DNA of 64,000 nt. Origin: Planctomycetota bacterium (GTDB taxonomy: Bacteria; Planctomycetota; UBA1135; UBA2386). The DNA lies in contig JBCCGH010000004.1 in NCBI GenBank assembly GCA_039029375.1, forward strand, positions 69,561-133,560, read 5' to 3'. The position numbers and the translations under genes were made by a program. The first letter of the stretch is position 1, and every line of letters starts with the position of its first letter. Under the pieces are notes generated by a model. It ran no database searches. It saw nothing but the letters and a program-made list of their open reading frames with translations, and was not told where the DNA came from. Positions 1-9,404 of this stretch are shown one piece after another.

Positions 1-1
1 G

Positions 2-448
2 GGCGATCCACAACACGGCCGCTACAAGGCGTTCTTCTGGGTGGGGATCGCCTACTTCCTCATCGCGGTGCTCGCCCCCGCCGGCATGCTGCTCGCCGCC
101 GGCGCGTCTTGGGCGATGCCAATGAAGGGCCTGACCTGGTCGTTGATCGCCGGCGGCGCCGGGGCGGTCGGCGCTTTCGGCGTGCTGCTGGCGTTTGGCG
201 CCAAGGGGCACCCGGCCGCAGTGATGTCGATCGTGTTCGCCGGGGCGCCGATCGTGAATGCCGCGGTGTCGCTCGCTTTGCATCCGCCGGCGGGTGGCTG
301 GGGCGCGCTGCGCTGGCAGTTCATGCTCGGCATCGTGCTCGCGGCACTCGGCGGCACGCTGGTGACGCTGTACAAGCCGGCCCCCGCGGCCAAGCCGAAG
401 CTGGGCGCGCCGGCTGGCGCACCGGCACAGAACGTGACGCCGCGCTAG
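2..448 (+). CDS. Integral membrane protein, 5'-truncated by the window edge
   Basis: The frame is open from base 2 (GDPQHGRYKAFFWVGIAYF...), so track ORF 41..448 is only the part after an internal Met. About 4 Gly/Ala-rich hydrophobic helices and an Ala/Pro/Lys tail. No family recognised. Confidence 0.6.
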   Translation, partial: GDPQHGRYKAFFWVGIAYFLIAVLAPAGMLLAAGASWAMPMKGLTWSLIAGGAGAVGAFGVLLAFGAKGHPAAVMSIVFAGAPIVNAAVSLALHPPAGGWGALRWQFMLGIVLAALGGTLVTLYKPAPAAKPKLGAPAGAPAQNVTPR

Positions 449-613
449 TGTTGCGTGTCGGAAGTTCGTCACATATGTCGCCGGCCCTCTGCGCCGCTCG
501 CGGCGTTGCGTCTCCTCGACTTGTCCACCAACAAGCCCTGCGGCGACAGCGCCTTGCGAACGACACAGATTCCTCGCCGACTTATGCCACGAACTTCGGA
601 GACACCCCACTAG
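445..613 (-). repeat. ~166-bp inverted-repeat (MITE-like) element, copy C, inverted relative to copies A and B
   Basis: Starts CTAGTG (445-450) and ends CACTAG (608-613). 515-556 aligns to the reverse complement of 9461-9500 (36/40 identical plus two 1-nt indels, hand count). The arms align to the copy B arms. Confidence 0.8.
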
Positions 614-626
614 AGAGCCGATTTCG

Positions 627-1319
627 ATGACCGACACCCTGATCGAGCTACGAGGGGTCACCAAGCGCTACGCCGACGGGGCGCCACCGGTGCTGCACGA
701 CATCGACCTCGACATCGCCGCCGGCGAGTCGGTGGCGATCGTCGGCCCATCGGGCTGCGGGAAGAGCACGTTGCTGCACATCATCGGCGCGCTCCTCGAG
801 CCCAGCGCCGGCACCGTGCACTTCGCCGGCACCGACCTGACCACGCTCGACGCCGACGCCACGGCGGCACTGCGCAACCGCGAACTCGGCTTCGTCTTTC
901 AGGCGCATCACCTGCTCCCCCAATGCACCGCGCTGGAGAACGTGCTGCTGCCGACCCTGGTGGCGACGGACCGGGCCCAGCGCCAGCGGGCGCAGGAACG
1001 CGCGCGAACGCTGCTGGCTGACGTCGGCCTCGGCGACCGCGCCGATCACCGACCGGGGCAGCTCTCTGGCGGCGAATGCCAGCGCGTCGCCGTGGTGCGC
1101 GCGTTGATCAACGAACCGCGCGCCCTGCTCGCTGACGAGCCCACCGGCTCCCTGGATGGCGCCAACGCCGAACACCTGGCCGACCTTTTGGTCGAGCTCA
1201 ACGCGAAGGACCGCGTGGCCCTGGTCGTGGTCACTCACTCCGAACGGCTCGCGGCGCGTATGCAGCGGTGCTTGGAGCTCCGCGCCGGCGCCCTGGCCGA
1301 GGCTGCGGCGCGCGCATGA
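627..1319 (+). CDS. ABC transporter ATP-binding protein (MacB/LolD/FtsE-like)
   Basis: Walker A GPSGCGKST, Q-loop, signature LSGGECQRVAV, Walker B LLADEPTGSLD. Confidence 0.9.
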   Translation: MTDTLIELRGVTKRYADGAPPVLHDIDLDIAAGESVAIVGPSGCGKSTLLHIIGALLEPSAGTVHFAGTDLTTLDADATAALRNRELGFVFQAHHLLPQCTALENVLLPTLVATDRAQRQRAQERARTLLADVGLGDRADHRPGQLSGGECQRVAVVRALINEPRALLADEPTGSLDGANAEHLADLLVELNAKDRVALVVVTHSERLAARMQRCLELRAGALAEAAARA

Positions 1320-4300
1320 GCATGAGCTGGTGGCGACTGGTCCGGCGCGGCGCCGCGCACTATTGGCGCACCAACGTCGGAGTGGTCCTCGGCGTGGCGG
1401 TCGCGGCGGCGGTCCTCGTCGGCGCGCTAGCCGTCGGCGATTCGGTGCGCCAGAGCTTGCGGGCCAGGGCGCTCGCCCGCATCGGCGCGGTGGACGCGGC
1501 GCTGGCCGGCGGGGACCGGTTCTTTCGCGCCGACCTCGCCGACCGGCTGGCGCGCCAAGTAGAGCAAATCGGCCTCGCGCCAGTACTGCAGCTGCCCGGC
1601 GTCGCGAGCGTGCCGGGTCGTGACGCGCGGGCCGGCATCGTCGAGGTCCTCGGCGTCGACGACCGCTTCTTCGCGTTGAGCCCAGCCGGCGCCGCCGAGG
1701 GCGTGGCGCCGGCGGCGCCGCCACGGCGTGGGGCGCTGCTCAACGCGCGCCTCGCGGCACAGCTTGAGGTGACCACGGGCGACACCATCCTGGTGCGAGT
1801 CGAGCAACCGAGCACGCTGCCGCGCGACACCGCGATGGCGACGGTCGACGACGTCTCGCTGGCACTGCGGGTCAAGGTCGCCGGCGTCCTGACGGACGAC
1901 GCGCTAGGCGGCTTCGCACTGCGCGCCGGCCAGGTGCCACCGTTCAACCTGTTCGTGTCGCTGGGCTGGCTGCAGGAGCAGCTGTTCCTCGACGACCGCG
2001 CGAACCTCCTGCTGGCCGGAACGCGCGACCACGACGACGACCTCGCGCCCGTGCTCGACACGGCGCTGCGGCAAAGCTGGACGCTCGCCGATGCCGAGTT
2101 GGAACTGCTCACGCCATCGCCGGACGCGGCAATCTTCGAGCTGCGCAGCCGTCGCGTGTTTCTCGACGACGCGATCGCGACAACCGTGGCGGAGATCGAG
2201 CCCACGCTCACCGGCGTTCTCACGTACTTCGTCAACGCCCTGCGAACGGACACCGTGTCGACGCCGTACTCGATGGTCACGGCGATCGGCCCCCTGAGTC
2301 CTTCTCGCGCCCCTGGTGCGGACGCAACCAGCCCGCTGCTCGAGCTCGTCGCCGACGCCGACGGCGCGACTAGCGTCGTGCTCAACGACTGGACCGCGCG
2401 GGACCTGGGCGTGGACGTCGGCGACACGATCGAAGCCGACTACTTTGCCCTGGACGCCAGCCGACGGCTCGCCGAGCGCACGTCGTCGCTCACCGTCCGC
2501 GCGATCGTGCCACTGCGCGACGCCGCTGCCGATCCGACGCTGATGCCCGCCTTCCCCGGCCTGGCCGACGCCGACCATTGCCGCGACTGGGACCCGGGGA
2601 TTCCGATCCAACTCGACCGACTGCGCCCGCAAGACGAGAAGTACTGGGAGGACCACCGCGGCACGCCCAAGGCCTTCGTGACCCTCGCCACCGGGCGGGA
2701 TCTGTGGGCCAACCGCTTTGGCAACCTCACTGCAATCCGCGGGCCGGCCGAGCTCGCGGACACGCTGCGGGCGCGACTGCCGCGTGAGCTGGATCCGGCC
2801 GGGCTCGGCTTGTTCTTTCGCAACGTGCGCGGGCCCGCCCTAGCCGCGGGCAACGCTACGACCGATTTCGGCGGCCTCTTCCTCGGCCTCAGCTTCTTCC
2901 TCATCACCGCGGCGCTGATCCTCACCGCGCTGCTGTTCGCGTTCGGAGTCGAACAACGGCACCGCGAGATCGGTACACTGCGCGCCGTCGGCTGGCGCCC
3001 GTCGCAGGTCCGCCGGGCGTTTCTGACCGAGGCATTGGCCTTGGCGGTGCTCGGCAGCGCGCTCGGCGCGGGACTCGGGCTCCTATACACGCGCGCGGTG
3101 CTGTTCGGCCTGGCGACCCTCTGGCGCGATGCGGTAGGCGCCACGGCGCTGGCGTTTCACGCCAGCACCGGCTCGGTCGTCGGCGGCGCCATCGCCGCCG
3201 TCGTGGCCGCACTCTTGGCGATCGCCTGGGGCCTGCGCCGCAGCTTCAGTCGCGCCCCGGTCGAGCTGCTGGGCAGTCGCGCTGGCGTGACACCGGCGCC
3301 GCTCGCGCCGCCGTCGCGGGCCACCGTGGTCGGCGCCGTCGCCGCACCGGTGCTGGCCGTGTCCATCATGGTGATGGTCGGCGCCAGCACGCCTGGGGCC
3401 GCCCCCGCCTTCTTCGGCGCCGGGTTCCTGCTGCTCATCGGCATGATCCTCGGCTGCCGCTGGCTGCTGCATCGGCTGACGCACCGCTCCGCCGCCACGA
3501 CGCTCGTGGGCCTGGGCGTGCGCAACGCCGGTCGCCGGCCGGGCCGCAGCCTGGCGACGATCGCGCTGCTCGCCAGCGGCACGTTCTTGGTCGTCTCGGT
3601 GCAGGCACACCGGCTCGAGCCGCCGCAGCGAGCCACGGCGCGCGCGTCGGGGACCGGTGGCTTCACCCACTTTGGCCGCACGACGCTGCCGGTCGTCCGT
3701 GACTTGACGACCGCCGCGGGCCGGGAAGCCTATGGGTTCGACGAGGACGAGCTGGCGGGTGTCGAGATCGTGCCGCTGCGCGTGCGCGACGGTGACGACG
3801 CCAGCTGCCTCAACCTGAGCTTGCCGCAGCAACCGCGCCTGCTCGGGGTGCAACCGGCGGCGCTGGCCGCGCGCGACTCGTTCACGTTTGCGGCCAGTGC
3901 GCCACCCGCGGATGCCGCGACGGCCAATCCCTGGCTGCTCCTCGACGCCGACTACGGCCCCGACGTCGTGCCGGCGATCGGCGACCAGGCCAGCGTCGCT
4001 TGGGCGATGCACAAGGCGGTCGGCGAGGGCCTGACCTACCGCGACGATGCCGGCCGCGCGTTCGAGGTGCGCATCGTCGGCACGCTCGCCAACTCGATCC
4101 TGCAGGGCACACTGGTCGTGGCGGAGCGGCACTTGATCGCGCGCTTTCCATCTGCCGCTGGTTTCGCCGAGTTCTTGATCGACGCCGGCGACACCGATGC
4201 GGCCGCGGTCACTGCCAGCCTCACCCGGTCGATGGAAGATCTCGGCCTCGAGCTCACCTCGACGACGGCGCGCCTCCGGGCGTTCAACGCGGTGCAGAAC

Positions 4301-4681
4301 ACCTATCTGGTGATCTTCCAGCTGCTTGGCGGACTCGGCCTCCTCCTGGGCAGCGCCGGCCTGGGCATGGTCGTACTCCGCAACACCCTCGAGCGCCGCG
4401 GCGAGCTGGCGCTGGCCACGGCGGTGGGTTTTGCCAAACCCGCCGTGCGCCGCCTGCTGTTCAGCGAGCACGCGCTCCTCCTCGGCCTCGGGCTCGGCGC
4501 CGGAGTTCTCGCGGCGACCCTGGCATTGATCCCGGGCACGACGCAGCGCGCCGACGTGGCCCCATGGCCGGTGCTGCTGCTCGTCGTTGGCGTGGCGGTG
4601 AGCGGCGCGCTCTGGGTGTGGCTGTCGAGCGCGGTCGCGGTGCGCGGGGCCGTACTCGAGGCGCTGCGCGACGGCGACTGA
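1316..4681 (+). CDS. Large FtsX-family ABC transporter permease (two FtsX-type membrane modules)
   Basis: ATG at 1316 overlaps the upstream stop (ATGA). N-terminus MSMSWWRLVRRGAAHYWRTN is typical of FtsX permeases. Hydrophobic blocks lie mid-protein and at the C-terminus with large loops between them. The track ORF start at 1268 is probably too early. Confidence 0.8.
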   Translation: MSMSWWRLVRRGAAHYWRTNVGVVLGVAVAAAVLVGALAVGDSVRQSLRARALARIGAVDAALAGGDRFFRADLADRLARQVEQIGLAPVLQLPGVASVPGRDARAGIVEVLGVDDRFFALSPAGAAEGVAPAAPPRRGALLNARLAAQLEVTTGDTILVRVEQPSTLPRDTAMATVDDVSLALRVKVAGVLTDDALGGFALRAGQVPPFNLFVSLGWLQEQLFLDDRANLLLAGTRDHDDDLAPVLDTALRQSWTLADAELELLTPSPDAAIFELRSRRVFLDDAIATTVAEIEPTLTGVLTYFVNALRTDTVSTPYSMVTAIGPLSPSRAPGADATSPLLELVADADGATSVVLNDWTARDLGVDVGDTIEADYFALDASRRLAERTSSLTVRAIVPLRDAAADPTLMPAFPGLADADHCRDWDPGIPIQLDRLRPQDEKYWEDHRGTPKAFVTLATGRDLWANRFGNLTAIRGPAELADTLRARLPRELDPAGLGLFFRNVRGPALAAGNATTDFGGLFLGLSFFLITAALILTALLFAFGVEQRHREIGTLRAVGWRPSQVRRAFLTEALALAVLGSALGAGLGLLYTRAVLFGLATLWRDAVGATALAFHASTGSVVGGAIAAVVAALLAIAWGLRRSFSRAPVELLGSRAGVTPAPLAPPSRATVVGAVAAPVLAVSIMVMVGASTPGAAPAFFGAGFLLLIGMILGCRWLLHRLTHRSAATTLVGLGVRNAGRRPGRSLATIALLASGTFLVVSVQAHRLEPPQRATARASGTGGFTHFGRTTLPVVRDLTTAAGREAYGFDEDELAGVEIVPLRVRDGDDASCLNLSLPQQPRLLGVQPAALAARDSFTFAASAPPADAATANPWLLLDADYGPDVVPAIGDQASVAWAMHKAVGEGLTYRDDAGRAFEVRIVGTLANSILQGTLVVAERHLIARFPSAAGFAEFLIDAGDTDAAAVTASLTRSMEDLGLELTSTTARLRAFNAVQNTYLVIFQLLGGLGLLLGSAGLGMVVLRNTLERRGELALATAVGFAKPAVRRLLFSEHALLLGLGLGAGVLAATLALIPGTTQRADVAPWPVLLLVVGVAVSGALWVWLSSAVAVRGAVLEALRDGD

Positions 4682-6067
4682 ATGGCGCCTACAATCACCG
4701 ACATGCGCTTCCCGCTCATCTCGCTGGCCGTCGCTCTCGTCGCCGGATCTGCAGCGGCTCTACCGCAAGACGCCTCCACGCCGACGCATTGGCCCTCGTA
4801 CCGCGGCCCCAGCGCTGGCGGCGTGGCGTCGGGCGACGCACCGACGGTCGCGGAGTGGGACGTCGAATCCGGTGAGAACATCGTGTGGAAAACGGCCATC
4901 CCGGGCCTGGCGCACTCGTCGCCCGTCATCTGGGGCGACCGCATCTTTCTCACCACCGCGATCAGTGACGCGGATGCCGAGCTGATCGTCGGCCTCTATG
5001 GCAGCGTGGCACCGGTGGAAGGCGACGGCGCCCAGGAGTTCGCGGTGCTCTGCCTCGACCGCAGCAACGGCGCGGTCTTGTGGACACGCACTGCCTGGCA
5101 AGGCCAGCCCAAGTTCAAACGACACCCCAAGGGCAGCTACGCCGCGTCGACGCCGGCCACCGACGGCAAGCACGTGGTCGCCTTCTTCGGCACGGAGGGC
5201 CTCTACTGCTACGACGTCGAGGGCGAGCAGCTTTGGCACAAGGACCTGGGCTCACTCGATGCCGGCTGGTTCGTGTCGCGCGACGCCGAGTGGGGCTTCG
5301 GCAGCTCGCCGGTCATCCACGACGGCCGCGTCTACATCCAGTGCGACGTCCAGGAGAACAGCTTCGTCGCCGCCCTCGACGTGGCCACGGGCGAAGAGAT
5401 CTGGCGCACCGAGCGGGACGAGGTGCCAACCTGGAGCTCGCCGACCGTGCACATCACGCCGGCGCGCCGACAGCTCATCGTCAACGGCTGGCGTCACGCC
5501 GGCGCCTACGATCTCGACAAGGGCACGGCGCTTTGGCAAATGGAGCGCGAGTTCGGCGGCGACATCCCAGTCCCGACTCCGGTCGTCGCGCACGGCCTAG
5601 CCTTCTTCACCAGCGCACACGGCCGGGCGTCGCCGGTGATGGCGGTGTCGATCGACGCGACCGGCGAGCTCCCACTGAAGGCCGACGACAACGAGCACGT
5701 GGCCTGGAGCATCCGCAGCGGGGGCAACTACATGCAGACGCCCATCGTCTACGGCGACGAGCTCTACTGCTGCCGCGACATGGGCGTGCTGTCCTGCTTC
5801 GACGCGCGCACTGGCGAGAGGCACTACAAGAAGCGCCTCGACGCTGGACTCGGTTTCACCGCGTCCGGCGTCGCCGCGGCGGGCAAGCTCTACTTCACGG
5901 CAGAGCCGGGTGACGTCTTCGTGGTCGCGGCCGGCACCGAATACAACGTGCTCGCGATCAACGAGCTCGGCGAGACGTGCCTCGCGACGCCGGCGATCGC
6001 CCAGGGCACGCTCTACTTCCGCACTCGCAACCACCTCATCGCGATCGGCGATACCGCGGGCAACTGA
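4682..6067 (+). CDS. Secreted PQQ-like (BamB-type) beta-propeller repeat protein
   Basis: Signal peptide MRFPLISLAVALVAGSAAALP. Repeated W..........SSPV..G.(I/V)(F/Y) blades. Paralogous to the propeller at 7383-9347. Confidence 0.75.
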   Translation: MAPTITDMRFPLISLAVALVAGSAAALPQDASTPTHWPSYRGPSAGGVASGDAPTVAEWDVESGENIVWKTAIPGLAHSSPVIWGDRIFLTTAISDADAELIVGLYGSVAPVEGDGAQEFAVLCLDRSNGAVLWTRTAWQGQPKFKRHPKGSYAASTPATDGKHVVAFFGTEGLYCYDVEGEQLWHKDLGSLDAGWFVSRDAEWGFGSSPVIHDGRVYIQCDVQENSFVAALDVATGEEIWRTERDEVPTWSSPTVHITPARRQLIVNGWRHAGAYDLDKGTALWQMEREFGGDIPVPTPVVAHGLAFFTSAHGRASPVMAVSIDATGELPLKADDNEHVAWSIRSGGNYMQTPIVYGDELYCCRDMGVLSCFDARTGERHYKKRLDAGLGFTASGVAAAGKLYFTAEPGDVFVVAAGTEYNVLAINELGETCLATPAIAQGTLYFRTRNHLIAIGDTAGN

Positions 6068-6106
6068 CGGCAGCTGCGCGCGAAGGTCGCCGCTACGATC
6101 CGCGCC

Positions 6107-7378
6107 ATGCGTTGCCTTGCCCTGCTCGCGTTCGCAGTCTCGACCGCCAGCTGCGCCTCCATCGATACCCCGAGTGCGCCACCCGGGACCTGGGCCGCCC
6201 GCCCGCTCCCCGACCGTATCGTCCTCACCTGGTCGGCCGACCCGGCGACCACGCAAACCGTCACGTGGCGGACGGACCCCAGCGCCGGCGATCCCGTCGC
6301 CGAGTTCGCGGTGGCGACCGACGGCCCGACGTTTGCCAAGAAGGCCACGCGGATCGCGGCGGCGACGACGACGCCCCTCGGGGAGGCACCCAACGGCGCG
6401 CTCTACCACACCGCTGTGCTCAGGGACCTCGAGCCGCGCACCAAGTACGCCTATCGCGTGGGCGACGGCGACGACTGGAGCGAGTGGAGCCACTTCACCA
6501 CCGCCAGCGATGAAGCCGCGCCGTTCTCGTTTCTCTACTTCGGCGACGCCCAAAACGACATCAAGTCACACTGGTCGCGCGTGGTGCGCGAGGCGTTCAA
6601 AGACGCGCCGCGGGCGGCGTTCGCGCTCCACGCCGGCGACCTGGTGAACCACGCCAACGCCGACGACGAGTGGGGCGAGTGGTTCTACAGCGGGGGCTGG
6701 ATCTTCCGCACGATGCCCCAGCTCGCCACGCCCGGCAACCACGAGTACAACCGTCATGGCCTGTCGAAGCACTGGGAGCCCACGTTCGAGTTTCCCCGCA
6801 ACGGGCCCGATGACCTGCAGAGCTCCGTGTTCTGGCTTGATCACCAGGGCGTGCGCTTCGTGTCGCTGGATTCAAACCGCGACGTCGATCCGCAGGCGGC
6901 CTGGCTCGACAGTGTGCTGCAGGACAATCCCTGCCGCTGGACGATCGTCACGCTCCACCACCCGCTTTACTCGACGGCCAAGGGCCGCGACAACGCCAAG
7001 CTCCGCGGCGTGCTCCAGCCGGTGTTCGATCGGCACGGGGTCGACCTGGTGCTGCAGGGCCACGACCACAGCTACGGGCGCAGCGGGCTGATGCACCACG
7101 GCGAACGGGTCCCCGCCAATCTGACCACAGGCGCGCGGGTGCAGAGCGGCCGCGGCACGGTGTACGTCGTGTCGGTGAGCGGCCCGAAGATGTACAGCGT
7201 CGGTGAGCGCCCACTCTGGCAGCGGACGGCGAACGGCAAACAGCTCTACCAGGTGCTGTCGATCGACGGCGCCGAACTCCGCTATGCAGCCTACACCGCC
7301 ACCGGCGAGCTGTTCGATCGCTTCGTGCTCCGAAAAGGCACAGACGGCCGCAACACCCTGCAAGAAACCACTCCTTGA
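6107..7378 (+). CDS. Secreted calcineurin-like metallophosphoesterase (purple acid phosphatase-like)
   Basis: Signal/lipobox-like N-terminus (LLAFAVSTASC). Motifs GDAQND, HAGDLVNH, PGNHEY, VTLHHPLYS, GHDHSYGR. N-terminal FN3-like domain (TVTWRTD). Confidence 0.85.
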   Translation: MRCLALLAFAVSTASCASIDTPSAPPGTWAARPLPDRIVLTWSADPATTQTVTWRTDPSAGDPVAEFAVATDGPTFAKKATRIAAATTTPLGEAPNGALYHTAVLRDLEPRTKYAYRVGDGDDWSEWSHFTTASDEAAPFSFLYFGDAQNDIKSHWSRVVREAFKDAPRAAFALHAGDLVNHANADDEWGEWFYSGGWIFRTMPQLATPGNHEYNRHGLSKHWEPTFEFPRNGPDDLQSSVFWLDHQGVRFVSLDSNRDVDPQAAWLDSVLQDNPCRWTIVTLHHPLYSTAKGRDNAKLRGVLQPVFDRHGVDLVLQGHDHSYGRSGLMHHGERVPANLTTGARVQSGRGTVYVVSVSGPKMYSVGERPLWQRTANGKQLYQVLSIDGAELRYAAYTATGELFDRFVLRKGTDGRNTLQETTP

Positions 7379-7382
7379 GTGG

Positions 7383-9347
7383 ATGGCGGCACGGCGAGGG
7401 CGGATTCCGGACCGCCGGTGCCCCGTCTATGATGCCGCCGCTGACCCCGCCCTCCGCTTGGTGAATCCCGTGAACCACCCCGTGAACCACACTGTGAACC
7501 ACACTGTGCCGATCGTGCTCCTTCTCTCGGCGAGCGCGGCGCTCGCCGCGCCCCAAGATCATACGCCGCAAGAACTGGCCGCCCTCGAAGCAGCCTTCGC
7601 CGCGAAGATGACCGGCTGCAAGATGACCGGTCAGTTCACCTTGGACGACTCCGATGGGCCGCCGGCGGCGGAGAGCTACACGATCTCCAAGGCCGAGAAG
7701 ATCCGCGACGAGAAGTGGCGCATCGACGCGACCATCGAATACGGCGGCAAATCCGCCACCGTGCCGGTGGGCGTCGAGGTCTACTGGGCCGGCGACACGC
7801 CCGTGATCCAGGTGACCGACGCGCAGATCCCGACCATGGGTCGATACACGGCTCGCGTTGCGGTCTACGGCGATCAATACGCCGGGCTGTGGTCGGGGGG
7901 CGACCACGGCGGGCACATGTTTGGCACGATCGAGCGGGCCGACGCAAAGACCGTCGATGCCGCGCGCCCGGCGACGACCGGCAACCCGCGGACGAACGCG
8001 GCGTCCAACACCGGCGACTGGAGCGCATGGCGCGGCCCGACGGGCAACGGCGTGGCCGCGGCCAGCCAACCCCCGGTCGAGTGGAGCGAGGAGAAGAACG
8101 TCCGCTGGAAGGTGGCGGTCCCCGGCCTGGGCAGCTCCTCGCCGATCGTGTGGAAGGACCGGATCTACGTCACCACGGCCATCAAGACCGACCGGGTGGA
8201 TCCCAACGCACCGCCGCCGGTGGCCGATGACGCCGGCAGCCCTCCCGACCGCGCCGGCGGCCCGCCCGAACGGGAGCGAGGCCGTGGTCGGCGCGGCCCA
8301 CCACGCGGGCGCGGCCGCGGCCGACGCGCCCCGCCGCCGAGCCACATCCACGAGTTCGTCGTCATGGCGTTCGATCGCGCCGACGGCTCGCTGGCTTGGC
8401 GCAGCACAGTGACCGAATCGGTACCGCACGAATCTGGCCACTCGACCGCGAGTCAGGCGTCAGCCTCCCCGGTGACGGACGGCGAGCGGCTCTACGCGCA
8501 CTTCGGCTCCCGCGGGCTGTTCTGCCTCGACATGGACGGCGCAGTGATCTGGTCCAAGCAGTTTGGCGAGATGCGCACGCGCAACCAGTTCGGCGAGGGG
8601 AGCTCCCCCGCCCTCTACGGCAACCGCCTAGTGATCAACTGGGACCACGAAGGGGACTCATTCATCGCGGTGCTCGACAAGCACAGCGGTGAGGAGCTCT
8701 GGCGCCAGCCTCGCGACGAACCCACCAGCTGGGCCACGCCGGTGGTGATCCCGGTCGACGGCAAGCCGCAGATCATCATGAGCGGCAGCAACGCCTCGCG
8801 CGGCTACGACCTAGAGAGCGGCGAGGTGATCTGGACACTCGGCGGCATGACCCTCAACGTCGTGCCAACGCCCGTGCACGCGGATGGACTCGCCTACCTC
8901 ATGAGCGGCTTTCGCGGCAACATGCTCCAGGCCATCGAGCTCAACGGCGCCGCCGGCGACCTGAAGGACAGCCCGAAGGTCAAATGGAAGCACCGACGCG
9001 ACACCTCGTACGTGCCGTCCGCGCTGCTCTACGACGACTACCTGTACTTCCTGCGCACGAACAACGGCGTGCTCACCTGCTTGGATGCCAAGACCGGCAA
9101 GGTCCACTTCCAAGGCCAGAAGCTCGGCGGCATGCGCTCCGTCTACTCATCACCCGTCGGGGCCGGGGGTCGGGTCTACCTGAGCTCCCGCGAGGGCACG
9201 ACCAAGGTGATCCGGCTCGGCGCCGAGTTCGAGGAGCTGGCCACCAACACCCTGGAGGACGGGATCGACGCCACACTGGCGATCGTCGGCGACGCGCTCT
9301 ACGTCCGCGGCCGCGAGCACCTCTACTGCATCGCTGAGGACTCGTGA
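7383..9347 (+). CDS. PQQ-like beta-propeller protein with an extra N-terminal domain and an Arg/Gly/Pro-rich insertion
   Basis: Propeller blades are homologous to 4682-6067 (DWSAWRGPTGNGV...SSSPIVWKDRIYVTTA). The start is ambiguous: first ATG at 7383, or one of four in-frame GTGs at 7461-7494 just before the hydrophobic signal segment PIVLLLSASAALAAP. Confidence 0.75.
   Translation: MAARRGRIPDRRCPVYDAAADPALRLVNPVNHPVNHTVNHTVPIVLLLSASAALAAPQDHTPQELAALEAAFAAKMTGCKMTGQFTLDDSDGPPAAESYTISKAEKIRDEKWRIDATIEYGGKSATVPVGVEVYWAGDTPVIQVTDAQIPTMGRYTARVAVYGDQYAGLWSGGDHGGHMFGTIERADAKTVDAARPATTGNPRTNAASNTGDWSAWRGPTGNGVAAASQPPVEWSEEKNVRWKVAVPGLGSSSPIVWKDRIYVTTAIKTDRVDPNAPPPVADDAGSPPDRAGGPPERERGRGRRGPPRGRGRGRRAPPPSHIHEFVVMAFDRADGSLAWRSTVTESVPHESGHSTASQASASPVTDGERLYAHFGSRGLFCLDMDGAVIWSKQFGEMRTRNQFGEGSSPALYGNRLVINWDHEGDSFIAVLDKHSGEELWRQPRDEPTSWATPVVIPVDGKPQIIMSGSNASRGYDLESGEVIWTLGGMTLNVVPTPVHADGLAYLMSGFRGNMLQAIELNGAAGDLKDSPKVKWKHRRDTSYVPSALLYDDYLYFLRTNNGVLTCLDAKTGKVHFQGQKLGGMRSVYSSPVGAGGRVYLSSREGTTKVIRLGAEFEELATNTLEDGIDATLAIVGDALYVRGREHLYCIAEDS
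7461..7508. repeat. Tandem 12-bp coding repeat (GTGAACCACMCY, about 3.5 units)
   Basis: gtgaatccc gtgaaccacccc gtgaaccacact gtgaaccacact gtg, encoding VNP VNHP VNHT VNHT. Confidence 0.9.
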
Positions 9348-9404
9348 CTTTGAAGAGTCGCAGGCCCACACTTGCCGTCGCGCAGCGCGCCGAGTCGACG
9401 TGAT

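Noticed and set aside
648-4471. Long minus-strand ORFs (648..1724, 1360..2427, 2440..3144, 3083..4471) antisense to the ABC/FtsX genes
   Set aside because: Their translations are Arg/Ala/Gly/Pro-rich with no motifs. They lie opposite genes with clear ABC and FtsX signatures, which is the usual stop-codon-poor antisense frame of a ~70% GC genome.
6948-8441. 497-aa minus-strand ORF overlapping the phosphatase and propeller genes
   Set aside because: It is antisense to two motif-supported genes, has low-complexity RRA/GR composition and no recognisable domain.
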